From contig JANJGN010000024.1 in the NCBI GenBank assembly GCA_026770705.1, positions 27,714,001 to 27,778,000 on the forward strand: a stretch of DNA of 64,000 bases, given 5' to 3'. Position numbers and translations under genes: made by a program. The first letter of the stretch is position 1. Every line of letters starts with the position of its first letter. This DNA comes from Isurus oxyrinchus (Eukaryota). A model generated the notes under the pieces. That model searched no databases. It was not told the DNA's origin and worked only from the letters and a program-made list of their open reading frames with translations. Positions 34,001-48,025 of the stretch are shown here, piece by piece.

Positions 34001-35744
34001 CACTCCCTGTCCTTCCTAAATATCCTGCATCCTTCATTATTAAGTCCCAATCCATGTCCTCCTTCAGCCATGTCTCCATAATGGCTATCAAATCATAATT
34101 ATTTATTTCTATGTGCGCTCTCAGTTCATCATTTTTTGCTTTGAATGCTAACGTGCATTCAAATACAAAGCTTCTAGTTTTATCTTTTTATTCTTTTTAT
34201 AACCTCAGTTTCACCTGTTGATTTAATGTTAACTATGTATCTCTATCCCTTCCCGCCACCATCTGTTTTTCATTTCCCATAATAATACCTTTTTCATTTG
34301 CCTTGTCTTTGGTCTTTGATTTACCACACCTTCCCAAATTTGATCCTTTACTCTGCTATTTAGTTTAAAACCCACTCTACTTCCTTCGTTATACAGCTCG
34401 CAAGAACACTGGTTCCAGCACAATTCACATGTAGACTGTTCCAACAGGGCAGATCCCACTTCCCCCAATACTGGTGCCAGTGTCCACGAACCGGAACCCA
34501 CTTCTCCCACACCAGTCATTGAGCCACACATTCATTTCCCTAATCCGACTGGTCCTATGCTAATTTGCACATAGCTCAGGTAATAATCTAGAGATTATGA
34601 CCTTTGAGGTTCTGCTTCTTAATTTGATGCATAGGTCCTCATACTGACTATGCAGAACCACCTTCTTTGTCTGGTCTATGTCGTTAGTAACTACATGGAC
34701 TACGATGATTGGGTCCTCCCACTCCCCCACTACAAGTTGCCGTCCATCCCCGAGCAGGTGTCCCAAACCCTGGCACCAGGAAGACAACACAGCCATCAGG
34801 ACTCACTCTCTTTGCTGCAGAGAACAGTGTCAATCCATCTGAATATACTATTCCCTACGACCATTTCACTATTTTTTGCTCCCATGACTTGAATGGCTTC
34901 CTATACCACTATGCCATGGCCAGTTAGCTCATCCACCCTGCAACACCCCGCTCTCATCCAAACAAGCTGAAAAAACCTCAAATCTATTGGACAATTGCAA
35001 AGGCCGAGGCTCCTGCACTCCTGCCCTCTGTGTCCCCTCACTCACAGTCACACTCTCCTGTCCCTCATCACTGACCAATCAGAAGACCCTGTCCTAAGAG
35101 ATGTGACTACCTTCTGGTACAAAGAATCCAGGTAACTTTCCCCCTCCCTGATGTGTTGCAGTGTCTGTAGTTCAGCCTCCAGCCCATAAACTCTGAGCTG
35201 AAGCTGTTCAAGCTTCAAACACTTATTGCAGACATATTTGCCCTGGATCAAACAGGCCTCCAGGAGCACTCACATGCTTCAGCTGTGACACATCACCTGT
35301 CCTGACATCCTTAACGTGTTCTAGTTAATTATTTAATTATTGTATTCAATTATATGTTTTACTTTTGTTTTTCTATATTTTATTAACCTTACCACTAGTT
35401 GCTAGACTATTTTGAACCTTAGGAATAGAATAAATCTTAACTGGCTTACCAGATACTCACCAAATAACTTCTTCTCCTGTAGCAGAGTGCAACCACTTGC
35501 TGAAGGTTGAGAAAGTTAGAAAACAGAAAACAAAAGAGCACCTCTTTCCCTTCCTTCCCTAACTCCCTTAATTACCCAACTCCTGGCACTCTATTCTAAG
35601 TCACACTTCTTGCAGTAAACCTTACCTAAAGCACCTCTTTCCCCTGATGCACCTCCCACTTTGAACCAAATTCCCTAATATACTCACTCGGTCTCTGTCT
35701 CACTCAGGCCAAAGTCTCCTCTCACTGTTCGTGCGCCTCTTACT
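31005..35744 (-). mobile_element. Near full-length decayed CR1 LINE (ORF1 zinc finger/esterase; ORF2 APE and RT)
   Basis: ORF1 YVCNKCLKLEQLQLRV (35048-35269) and SGNH-like IVVHVVTND (34560-34796); APE GVVYR..MGDFN..LDLV..DH (33490-33984); RT WKIANVPPLFKKG..NYKPVSLT..QHGF (32471-32785), [25 protein letters not shown]; TSD CTAATT (30999-31004, 35745-35750). Confidence 0.92.
31584..31894 (+). mobile_element. tRNA-derived SINE inserted in CR1
   Basis: A/B-box-like head (GGCAGTGGC..GTTCAAATCC), GGGAAGGAAATCTGC core, family-X tail GGCAATAAATGTTGGCCTAGCC, A-rich end; the CR1 sequence resumes on both sides. Confidence 0.85.
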
Positions 35745-35750
35745 CTAATT

Positions 35751-36258
35751 GCCCTTGAAGAGATGGCAGTGAGCCGCCTTGAACCGCTGCAGTCCATCTG
35801 GTATAGGTGCACCCAGAGTGCCATTAGGGAGTAAGTTCCAGGATTTTGACCCAGCGACAGTGGAGAACATCGATATAGCTCCAAATCAGGATGGTATGGG
35901 GCTTGGAAGGAACTTGCAGCTGGTGGCGTTCTTATATGTCTGCTACCCAACTGTCCCCCTAGGTGGCAGAGATTGCAGGTTTGGAAGGTGCAACAAAAGA
36001 GATTTGGCGAGTTGCATCTTGGCAAACACTGCTGCCACTATTTGTCAGTGGTGGAGGGAGTGAATGTTTAAGGAGATGAATGATGTGCCAATCAAGAGGG
36101 CTGCTTTGTCATGGATTGTGTTGAGTTTCTTGAGTATTACTGGAGCCACACTCATCCAGGCTGGTGGAGAGTATTCCATCACACTCCTGACTTGTGCTTT
36201 GTGGATCATAGACAGGCTTTAGGGAGTCAGGAGGTGAATTCTTCACCTCTGACCTGCT
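35751..36258 (-). mobile_element. Family X LINE body (host of the CR1 insertion)
   Basis: Colinear with 26780-27310. Confidence 0.85.
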
Positions 36259-36703
36259 CAGTGTGCTGGCTGTTAAGTAGTTCACAAGAGTTAGGAACTT
36301 ATGTACTTATTTCAGACATTGAAGGCAATACATTAGTTTGTGCTGACCTACCTTATGGTACAGGGATATCTAATCAAAAGACAGCACAGTAACTTTGTAA
36401 GGTATCAGCTCCAAGAGTGCAGAGCATCCTGGATATTGTAGAGTTATATTCTGTAATTAATGTTGGACAGGGTTAGCCATGTCAGGAGTAGTACAGCATA
36501 AATTCATTCATAAATGTTCAAATATACATGAGAACATTTTGAAGGAGCAAGTGAAGGAAAACATGGAATCATAAGTTTTAAATTCCAAAACACAAGATGT
36601 ATGAGGCCGTGGTTTATTTGCAGAAAGCCTAACTAGATTAAATATACAATTTAAACATATAAGTAGGCTAAAATGTGCTACCAAGCAGAAACACATCAAC
36701 AAG

Positions 36704-38793
36704 TTAGAAACATAGAAACATAGGAAACAGGAGCAGGAGTAGATCATTCGGCCCTTCGAGCCTGCTCTGCCATTCAATATGATCATGGCTGATCCTCTAT
36801 CTCAACACCGTACTCCCGCGCCCTCCCCATACCCCTTGACAGCTTTAGAGTCCAGAAGTCTATGTCCTTCTTAAATATTTTCAGTGATTTAGCCTCCACA
36901 GTCCTCTGTGGTAGAGAATTCCACAGGTTTACCATGCTCTGAATGAAGACATTTCTTCTCATCTCAGTCCTAAATGGCCTATCCCATATCCTGAGACTAT
37001 GACCCCTTGTTCTAGACCCCCCCATCACCAATCCAGAGGAAACATCATCCCTGCATCCAGTCTGTCCATCCCCATCAGGATTTTACATGTTTCAATGAGA
37101 TCCCCTCTCTTTCTTCTAAACTCCAGTGAATACAGGCTTAGTCGGCCCAATCTCTCCTCGTACGACAATCCTGCCATCCCAGGAACCAGTCTGGTGAACC
37201 TTCACTGCACTCCCTCTATGGCAAGTATACCCTTTCTTAGGTAAGGAGACCAAAACTTCACACAATTCTCCAGGCCCTGTACAGCTTCAGTAAGACATCC
37301 TTGCTCCTCTCACAATGAAGGCCGACATACCATTTGCCTTCTTAACTGCTTGCTGCACCTGCAAGCTTCCTTTCAGTAATTGGTGTACAAGGACACCCAG
37401 ATCTCTTTGTACATCAACATTTTCCAATCTAATATCATTTTAATAATGCTCTGCCATTCTGTTTTTTTCTACCAAAGTGGGTAACTTCACATTTATCCAC
37501 GTTAAACTGCACCTGCCATGTATTTGCCCACTCACTCAATCTGTCTAAATCACCTTGAAGCTTCTTAACATCCTCCTCATCACTCACATTCCCACCAAAG
37601 TTCATGTATCAGCAAATTTGGAAATATTAAATTTTGGTTCCCTCATCCAAAACATTGATTATATCATGAATAGCTGGGGCCCAAGCACTGATCCCTGTGG
37701 TACCCCACCAGTCGCCACTTGCCATTCCAAAAAAGGCCCATTTATTCCTACTCTATGTTTCCTGCCTGCTAATCAATTCTCAATCCAGGCTAATATATTA
37801 CCCCCAATCCCAGGTGCTTTAATTTTACTCACTAACCTCTTATGTGGGGCTTTATCAAAAGCTTTCTGAAAATCCAAATGCACCACAACCACTGGTTCTC
37901 CTTTATCTATTCTGCTAGTTACATCCTCAAAAAACTTCAGTAGGTTTGTCAAACATGATTTCCCTTTCATAAATCCTGTTAATATTTTCTAAGTGTCCTG
38001 TTATCACATCCTTTATGATAGACTCCAGCATTTTCCCTTTACTGATGTTAGGCTAACCGATCTGTAATTCACCGTTTTCTCCCTCTCTCCTTTTTTAAAT
38101 AATGGGGCTACATTTGCCACCCACCAATCCAGAATCTACAAAATTTTGGAAGATAACAATCGACACATCCACTATTTCCATGGCCACCTCCTTTAGTAAG
38201 CTGGGATATAGATTATCGGGCCCTGGGGATTTATCGGTTTTCAGTCCCATTAATTTCTCCAGTACTATTGTTTTAGTAATACTAATTTCCTTCAATTCCT
38301 TCTTCCCACTAGACCCTTGGTTCCCTAGTATTTCTTGGAAGTTATTTGTGTCTTCCTTCGTGAAGACAGAACTAAAGTAGTTGTTTAATTGCTCCACTAT
38401 TTCCTTGCTCTCTATTATAAATTCTCCTGTTTCAGACTGTAAGGGACCTATTTTATTTTCACTAATCTTTTTCTTCTTACATACTCAGAAGCTTTTACAG
38501 TTTGCTTTTATGTTCCTTGCAAGTTTATCCTCATACTCTATTTTTCCCCTCTTAAACAATCTCTCGGTCCTCCTTTGCTGAATTCTAAGCTGCTCCAAAT
38601 CTTCAGGCTTGCTACTTTTTCTAGCAACTTTATATGACTCCTCTTTGGATCTAAAGCTATCCTTAATTCCTTTTGTTAGCTATGATTGGGCAGCTTTTCC
38701 TGTTGTGTTTTTGCACCAGAAAGGAATGTGTAACTATTGCAAAGCTTACATTCATTCCTTAAATATTAGCTATTCTCTATATACCATCATGCC
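36704..38793 (-). mobile_element. CR1 LINE, 5'-truncated ORF2 with 3' tail
   Basis: [62 protein letters not shown]; (TTTCTATG)n tail. Confidence 0.92.
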
Positions 38794-40247
38794 TCATATC
38801 ATACCCTTTTACATATATTTGCACTGCCAGGCAATCCCACAAAAGAAAACAAGATTGCCAACTGAAGTCAAAATGTCCTCAGTCCATGAAACACACTTGA
38901 ATCTTGTAGTCAGCAGCCAGAATCACGATGAGTAACAATCACTAAAGGCTTGAAACAGGTCAAGATCCTTCTGAAAGGACTTCGGAATCTACTGTGACCA
39001 GAATTCTGTTAGATCAACAGCGCCGAGACCTTTTTGAACTTCATGCTTTTAAAAAAACATTCCCATACTCCAGCCTCTGCAGAGACCATGCTTGTTTTGT
39101 CCTGTTTTGTGTTTGTGTTCATGTAAAAGTGTTGGGATATCTGTTTTGTAAAAAAGAGGAAAATCATTATGCTTCCAAATTACAAATTGAATGTTGACCA
39201 GTTTTGCAACTTGTTTTTAAAAAGTTTGTTTTATAATAAATCAATTATATTGCACTTATTGAAAGAAGCCTGGTTAAAGTCTTTTTATGCTGGGTATAAC
39301 AGTATCAAAGGTAAACAATTGCCCATTTTGGCGAGTGAATTAAACATTTAAACTATTGTTGAGAACTAGGGCTACAATTAACTGTGCACTCCTCCTGTGC
39401 CGGTCATAACATCACACATCAGCTAGTTGAATAAAGTAATGCTATGAGACACGTGATGTTCATCTGCCAGTTAAGAAGGCATAATGAAAGAGATAACGGG
39501 ACCAGTATCTTAGAATACTATGAGGCACAATCAACCAATAACTCCCTCAAGCTTAAAAACCGTAACTCATTGAACTTTCTGCAGAGCTCATTAACTGTGC
39601 TCTTAAGTAAATGTGCAATTATTCTTACTCACAGTTAACACTGAATCCTTCATTCCTATGATTTCCGAACCCTATTATCTTGAGGAATAACAAACTCATA
39701 AGTCAGAAAACACATTCTGCAACAGTAGACTAGATGATAGATGCAATACCGTTATCTGCCTCACAGTTGCTAAGGCTCTGATATGAATGTCTTCTGGCTG
39801 ACACTGCACCCGTAGATAATGATCTTCATGTTTGTATACAGACAATGCAGCACTATATATGTTTGTAATGTTAGTTAAAAAAAAAATCAGTTGGAATTGC
39901 TTAAAAGATGGACAAACAAAAATACAATGAGCAACTACAGATTCCCAATAGAGAGTGTGTCAAGACCATCAATACAAATCTCGCTGTCACTTAGCGATAC
40001 CTGTCCTCACTGGGTGATCTTAGCCAATTCGTACCTGATTGTGAATAGAAGCAATTTGACACAGTACTGATTTCTTGTCTCTCGGGTGGTAAAGGAAATG
40101 AAGGCTAAGAAAATCTGTTGCACTATCATGCAAGAGTGCATCCTTTTAACAGCAATGCTGCACATCAATCATGTTCACTTGGACAATTTTTTGTTTTCAC
40201 TTTCAAAATGGAACTCAAAAATATATGCTACTCTCAGGCTACATTTA

Positions 40248-41070
40248 CTTTTATTATTTGTTCACAGGATGCGGGCTTCACTGGCAAAACTGGTATTTAC
40301 TGCTAATCCCTAATTACCCTCGACAATGTGATGGTGAATCTCCTTCTTCAGCAGCTGCAGTGTGTAGAGAGGGTACACCCATGGGAGGGTTTTCCAGGAT
40401 ACTGACCCAGCAGCAGGGAAGGAATGGCAACATATTTCCAAATCATAATCATGTGTGACTTAGAGCAGAACTTGTATCTGGCAGTATTCCCATTTGCCTG
40501 CTGCCCCTGCTCTTCCAGGTAATGCAGGTCCGAGATTTGGATAGTGCTGTCCAAGGAGCCTTGGAGAGTGACTGCAGCGCATCTTGTAACTGGTATATAC
40601 TGCATCTACAGTGCGCCAGTGGTGGAAAAAGTTAAATGGGCCATTTTGTCCTGGACGGCGGTGAGCTTCAAGTGCTGTTGGAGCTGCACTCATCCAGACA
40701 AGCAAGGAGTATTCCGTCACACTCCGGACTTGTGCCTTGCAGATGGTGGAAATGCTTTGGAAAGTCAGGAGCTGAGTTATTCGCCACAGGATTCGCAGCC
40801 TCAGGCCTGCTCCTGTAGCCATAGTATTGTATGTCTGGTCCTGTTAAATTTCCAATCAATTGTGATCCCCATTGTTGATGGAGATTTCAGTGATGACAAT
40901 GCCATTAACGTCAAGGGGAAATAGGTGGACTATTACTTGTTGGAGATTACAATTACCTGGCACTTATGTGGTGAGAAGGTTAGTTTGCCAGTTATCAGCC
41001 CAAGCCTGAACGCTGTCCGGGTCTTGCTGAATGCAGGCATGGACTGCTTCATTACCAGAGTGGTCTGGAA
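40248..41070 (-). mobile_element. Family X LINE 3' fragment
   Basis: QSISTICKAQVRSVTEYSLLVWMSAAPT; colinear with 26713-27560. Confidence 0.85.
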
Positions 41071-41831
41071 TGGAAAAAATATGGAAAATATTGCCCCTTG
41101 TATTTACATTTATTTTATGTTTGGTTATGTATCACTCAGTAATTTCCTAATGTTCTTGACCTCTGAGTTGTGGAGAAAATGGTAAGTGAGCTAATTCCAA
41201 ACTAGGGGCTGAGGAAGGAAGCCCAGTGAAGGAAGCAAAAAAACAAGATAGTCGGAGAAAAATGAGCGGAGTTAAAAGAGGACAGGCCATAACAATGGAA
41301 TTCGGCAGCACATGGCAAAATCTGGAATCTTGAACTGGCCATTCATGGATATCAGCCGGATTGTGTTACACTTAAACAAGCATCTTCTAACATAATACTA
41401 TGACACCTTCTCGTTGTGATATTACTTTTGGATGTTAAATGCCAAAAGGTACTTTCAAGTGAATTCCTGCCTGGTGGTGGGAAGAAAGATCAGCCAAGCG
41501 TGTCATTAATCAATATGACAGCCTGAAAAGAGTGTACCAGCAGCATCATCTGTCCCTTCAGCATAATTGTTGGGTATGTTACCCAAGCTGTAAAATTTAG
41601 ATGCATTTTGTGGTTTCAGTCTATCTCCCGAATGGTTTGCATTCTGCATTCCATTACAACAGAGACAAAAGTTGATTATATAAACTGCTTTAAAATGAAG
41701 CAAAATAACTGCAGAAGAAAATGCTAAAACTAGTCCATTGTGTAACCAATGACTTTCAATTCTCACACTAAAATCACTTAAAATAACAAACAAATTCTCT
41801 ATACTGATCCCAGAAAGACAACACACACAAT

Positions 41832-42504
41832 GGGCAGAATTTTGCCGTTGGCGAGCAGGGGACGGGGCCCACTCGCTGATGCACAAAATGACGCGGGATG
41901 ACATAGGGGGGGAACCCCCGACGTCATCCCACCCCATTTAAATTTTCAGGAAGGCGGGGGCACTGCAAAATCAGCTGTGTGCCCACCGACCTGTCAATGA
42001 CCAATTGAGGCCATTGACAGGATCATTAAAACAATTAAAGGACCTGCCTGTCCAACCTTAAGGTTAGCGGGCAGGCCAGAAGCCCCGGCGGGCAATAGAA
42101 AAAACATGAAACCTCATCCACCGGCGGGATGAGGTTTCATGTCGGTATTTAAAAAGTTGAATAAAGTTTCAATGAAATTTATTAACATGTCCCATCTCAT
42201 GTGACATTGTCACAAGGGGGACATGTTAAGGATTATTTTTTTTCTCTATTTTTAATGTTTAAACAGCTGTCAGCCATCTCCCTGAGGCAGCACTTAGCCT
42301 CAGGGAGATGTGCGCTCTTTCGTGCGCATGCGTGAAAGAGCGCACTCTGGTAGTTGGGGAATCTCCCCCGCCCTCACAGGAAGCGCATAGCTGGGCGGGG
42401 CCACTTAAAATGGCAGCGGGGCCCGCTTGTCCGGCGGGGATTGGCTCCCCGCCCGCCGGAGATTGGGTCAGGCCCACCCTCCTGGTAGGCAGAAAATTCT
42501 GCCC
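41832..42504 (+). mobile_element. Complete hairpin-array Harbinger-like MITE (673 bp)
   Basis: Perfect 12-bp TIR GGGCAGAATTTT / AAAATTCTGCCC; TSD AAT (41829-41831, 42505-42507); at least six internal palindromes. Confidence 0.9.
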
Positions 42505-42705
42505 AATATGAACCAGAAATCAGATTTACATAATGATAGGATTTTGCCATCAGACCAGTCGAATCAATACACCTTGATTTACAATTCAGTTTGCAAGAAA
42601 TGAAGAACTTGCTCAGAGCAAAGCAACAGCTCCTTCGTCTCGTAGGACTGTAACAGTTTCATTGTCCTAACTCATCTTAGCTTTATCAGCACAATCAACA
42701 AAACA

Positions 42706-43205
42706 GTACAAGCTACTTGTACTGATATAGCATCATACATGCAGGTAAATGTCCAAAAGTGCTTTGCAGGATAATCAAACAAAATATGACACCAAGCTGT
42801 GTAAGGAGATATTAGGGCAGATGACGAAATTAGAAAGAGATAGGTTTTAAAGACCTTCATAAAGGACAAAAGAGAGGCAGAGAGGTTCAGGGGGGAATGC
42901 CAGAGTTTAGGGCCTTGGCAGCTGAAGGAATGGCTGCCAGTTGTGAAGTGATTAAAGACAGGATATTTAAGAGAATTCAGAATTGGAGTAGTGCAAACAT
43001 CTCGGAGCATTGTAGGGCTGGAGGACATTAAGAGATATGCAGATATGGAGATAAGGGGAATTTGAAAACCTTGAGAATTGTACCATGAAGTCATTGTTTA
43101 AGTGGAAGCCAATGTAGTTCAGCAAGCACAGGGATGTTGGGTGAATGTGGCTTGGTGCAACTTAGGATATTGACAGCAGAGTTTTTGGATGACCTCAAGC
43201 CTACC
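42706..43205 (-). mobile_element. L2 LINE 3' end
   Basis: Minus strand QNSA-like..PVLAELHWLP and HSFSCQGPKLWHS..SFMKVFKTYLF; L2-type tail. Confidence 0.8.
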
Positions 43206-44002
43206 TCATGTCTCTGTGCAACCAACCAAACCAGTACAAAATATCTTGGAAACTCAAGAGTACATTATGTCAAACACTGGTTTATAAATCATTGCACCCA
43301 AAGCTATGCCACCTGCAAAATTGGGCATGCACCCACATTGAAATAAAGAGCATCATGAGCTTCTCAAATGCACATTCGAGGAGGCTTTTCAAATTGATTT
43401 TGTTTTCTTAAGCACACAGGTAATAGGTACATTTTAAAAGCTTTCACAGTTGAAAGGTATCTAGCTGATAAAGAAACTGACTAGTGTACGAAGAAACTAG
43501 TAAACGGTTTAGTATAGTTGTTTTTAATTCCGTTTCAGTGATTTAAAATCAGGTTACTCCCTAGTACTAAACCATACATTTTTAAAATGCTTATTTTTTT
43601 GTGATAAATCTACCTTCAGCACTAAAAGTGCACCAGGTCTACATAGATATGATTTCTTCAAGACATGATTATTATTTTATGTTTTATTTATTAAAATGAC
43701 ATGTGAAGTTCATTCATTTATCATCAGTATTCAAACACAAACAGAGTGAGGTGCAGGTGCATCCACTACCAGTGCGAGAGTATGAGATGTCCTAGGCAAA
43801 CCTTCAGCCTTGTGGCTGCTCCCTTCCCCCACAACAATTATCTTCCAAAAAAGAATTTTGTGCATTTGCATGAAGAAGAATTCTGCATTTATAATTACAG
43901 ATTTACTTTACATGAAAAGGGGGAACATTATGATGCCACTTGTACATTCCCATTGTTCTATACTTTTATTAGGATATGTACCAGAAGAATGCAGAGTATC
44001 AT

Positions 44003-44702
44003 GGGCCGAATCTTCTGTGAAATGGCAATCGCCGTTGGATGGCCGCTCCGCTCCTTTTTACTTACCTTAACCTGAAGCTGCGCATTTCTCACCTGGGCTT
44101 CCAACCCAGGGCTGTTGAGAAATGCACAGTGTTAGCTGCTCCTGGAAGCCCTCAGTGCAGTGCAGGGTCATTGGGGAAGTGAAGCCATGCTCCCTTTTTA
44201 CAGCACTAGCTGCTGTAAACCTGTAAGTTTATATGTCCCAGTCACTTTGAAAAGTTAGGAGAGAAGGTAAGTGAGTAAGGTAAGTGGGTAGAATGGGTTG
44301 GGGGCTCAGGCGGGTTTTGGGGGGTACTTGGGTGGTCGGGATGGGGGGGGGGGGTGGCCGATGGGAAGAGAGTGCAGTGGGGGGGGCAGTTGGGTGATTG
44401 GAGGATGGTTGGGTGGTAGTCGGGAGGCCCATTTTGGGGGCGGGGAGGTCACTAGTATAGTTACTCGCAGTTAGAAGTGGTTTTAATCCTTCTAAGTTTT
44501 ACTGGGGTTCTGCAAGAGAGTCAGGACCATCTGAAGTCTCTGACTTTAAATTGGAGTTCAAGGATTTCAGACGCTAGGTAATTTTCCAATGGAGGCTGAA
44601 ACTTCCTGGGCAATTCCCATGCTGTCCTTGGCTGGGGACTTCAGAGGTGCCCCCAGCATATCTTCCGGAATATGACCCTTTGGGGAACGGAAGATTTGAG
44701 CC
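44003..44702. mobile_element. Non-autonomous Harbinger-like element with a G-rich core
   Basis: Imperfect TIR GGGCCGAATCTTC / GAAGATTTGAGCC; homologous in reverse to 11435-12356. Confidence 0.6.
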
Positions 44703-45413
44703 AATGTGCAATATGGCTCACATGAAGTAATATCATGCATTCCTGTTACTCGATGGCTAGATGATTTTATGCACAATTCACACAATCAATAATCATTACG
44801 ATAGAGCTGGCTGGATTAAATTATGTCCTTTGATATTTACTGGTTTGCAGTTTTGCAATAGTCAAATAGATGCAAAGCTGTCACAAACAGAATGAGAAAT
44901 ATAAAGTGAAATTTTGGGAAAAACTGTAATGTAAATAATGGAAATGTATATGTATGTCAGCATATGTGGATATGTATCAGTAAGTCTAGAGCATTCATTC
45001 CCACTGCTGATGTCTTTTTCTGTACTGATGTAGTTTCCAGGGGTGAGGGTGGCTGAAGACAAGTAGGTCTTAAAATATTTTTGTGATGGAATCAAGTACA
45101 CATTATAACACAAAGTAGCAAAGTCATTAAAGCGTGACGAGCTGGAAATTATAGCACTTTTTATGATCTGTAGTGAAATGCAAATGCTTCTACATCACTT
45201 CAAATGGGTGAAATTATGAGACTTCAAGTGGGTAGAAACATTAGTATCGCTTTTGTTTACCTTCTATTACCATCAAGACTGTGGACTAATGCATACATAT
45301 AAAATCACCAAGTGTCCTCAGTATTTCAACACATCAGCCTTTCATGCAGTTAGTGTACGTAATACAGGATGAATTCCACGCTAAAGCAGAACATGACCTT
45401 GTTGTACATCATC

Positions 45414-46084
45414 GGGAAGAATTTTTGGGTCGGTGAGTGGGGGCAGGGCCCGCTTGCCGATGGGTAAAATGACGCGCTGTGTCAGCGTCACCACTCGTCA
45501 TTTAGATTGTCAGTTCGGCGGGCACGCATCCAAGTCGGTTGCACATCTGCCGAACTGTCAAAGGCCTATTAAGGCCATGTAGAAAGTATTTAAAGTTGTT
45601 AAGAATGCTGTCCGTCCAACCACATTTTTCATGAAACCTCAGCCACAGGCGTGATGAGGTTTCATGAAAGGTTTATTAATTAAATAAAACATTTTGAAAA
45701 AATTAATGGACATGTCCCAGCTCGTGACAGCTTCACATGAGGGGACATGTCCTTAATTTTCTTTTTATCTTTCTTCAATGTTTCATAAGTGAAAGTAACC
45801 TCCCTAAGGCACCTCCCTGCCTCAGGGAGGTTTCTGCGCTCTTTCTCACGCATGAATGAAAGAGTGCAGGCCCCAACTCAGGGAATCCCCCCCCAATCCC
45901 ACCCCCACCACCTGTACAGGGAGCACACAGCACTTTCGGGTGTGCGTCAAGCTGGGCAGGCCCTAATTGGCCCGCCCGTGTAAAATGGCGGCATGCACTC
46001 AATTGTGGGCACCGATCGACTTCATGCCCACCCCAGCCCGCCCCCGCACAACTCCCCCTCCCCGACGGGGGGAAGTTTCTGCCC
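45414..46084 (+). mobile_element. Hairpin-array Harbinger-like MITE copy
   Basis: Termini GGGAAGAATTTT / AAGTTTCTGCCC; colinear with 41832-42504. Confidence 0.85.
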
Positions 46085-47304
46085 AAAGGCAGGGAAGCTT
46101 CAGTGTCAACACCCACAAGCTAAGGCTGTCATCTGAAAAGTCTCTGTTCATCACCTGTGAAGACAAGGTGAGTTCCAGTCATTCAAAGCAGTTAACATGA
46201 GGAGCTCAGGATACCATTCTTCCTTAGTTCCTTGGTATTTTCCAGCAAATTTGGATTCTAAATACAATTCTCAATTTACAGCGATAAACAAATATCAGAT
46301 TCATCTCAAATTTCAACTGTTTGATGCAATGAAACAGAAATCAGACAGACTTAAGAAGCAATTTTCATAAGTTAGTAACAAACCAAATTAATTTTTACAT
46401 TTTCATCATTTTCCTCATTCCTCATTTCCTCCCCACCCACCACCACCACAGGTTTATTTACTTAAGGGGAGCAGTCAAGCTCCCGAAGGCCTTGCGAACT
46501 ATGCACTCATCTCACATGTTAGGAATTTCCCAGGTCCAATTGCTCATCTCTGCTAAACTGACTGATCTTGACTGAATCAGTGGAACGATGCTGTCGACAG
46601 GAGTCACCACATTCAAGTTTCAGCTGATGTGGGAATGAGGGTAGCCACCCAACAGTATACCATCTGTCACTTATAATTTTAAATATCATTAGGCCCATCA
46701 TATTCCCATATTCAAAAGACTGTGCATGGGATCCTCTTAAACTGAGGAAAGGGCCCCATGGTGTTGCCATGACAATCCCAGGCTGGGTTCCCACTCTCAA
46801 ACACAGAGAACCCTGTGCATCCAAAGCACCAGCCAGCCTGATAAAGACTCCCACCTCGCCCCGGTACAGTCCCCCACCCCACTCTGGGTTTCAACCTGCC
46901 TCTTCCCTCCTCTTTTTTCTTACTCAGCTCTTGTCTTTGACGTTATCGGGGATGTCGAATGAGTCAGACTAGTCATAGAGTATGTGGGCAAAGTGATGGG
47001 TGACAGCACAGCTGAAAGTCTCCTGCATGCTGACAGCGTGACCGGCCAGAAGAACTGCCCATCGACCTCCAATGACAAGGTTCCCTCCTTCCCAATCTTA
47101 GATCTGTCTCCGGAGGAGCAGCACAATCAGGAGAGAGGGAACCTATGATTGCAGGAGCTGGAGCAGTGAGTGTGGAAGGTACAGAATCTGTGATTGGAGA
47201 GCAACTCTGCCCAGCCCACACTTACTGCTCCTCAATTACTGCTCTGCAGTCAGTCTCTGCTTCCAGCAACTATCAGTTTAACTGAAAGTTAACATTTAAA
47301 AAAA

Positions 47305-48025
47305 GACCATAACATGGTAGAATTTAGCATTCAGTTTGAGAGTGGGAAACTTGGGCTGGAAACAACTGTGCTCAACTTAAATAAGGTAATTACAAAGGAA
47401 TGAGGGCAGAGTTGGCTTGGGTGGGCTCAGAAAGGAGTTTAGCAGAAAAGACAGTTGATGAACAATGGCAGACGTGTAAGAAAATAGTTCATGACTCACA
47501 ACAAAGATATATCCCAGTGAGGAAGAAGGATTCTAGGAAGGGGATAAACCAACCATGGTTAACCAAGGAAGTTAAGGATAATATCAAATTGAAATAAAAG
47601 CATACAATGTGGAAAAGATTAGTGGTAAGCCAGAGGATTGGGAAACTTTTAAAAACAAAAAAAAAACTCAAAAAAAGGAGAAAATAAACTTTGAAGGTAA
47701 ACTAGCAAGTAATGTAAAAACGGACACTAAGAGCTTCTTTAAATATATACAAAGGAGGGGAGAGGCCAAAGTGAAAATAGGCCCTTAGAGAATGAGGCTG
47801 GGGAAATAATAATGGGAAACCAGGAAATAGCAGAGGGGTTGGATAAATACTTTGCATCAGTCTTCACAGTAGAATACACTAATAGTATTCCAAAAATACT
47901 AAATAATCATGGGACAAAAGGGTGGGGCGGGGGGCATGGGCAGGGGGTGGGGGGGTAATAAATACAATGACAAGAGAAAAGTGCTAGGGAAACTAATGGG
48001 ACTAAAGGCCGATAAGCCCCTTGGA
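47305..48025 (+). mobile_element. CR1 ORF2 internal fragment (APE end and tether)
   Basis: DHNMVEF..NYKGMRAELA..QQRYIP..PWLTKEVK..YFASVFTVE..LMGLKADKP. Confidence 0.85.
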
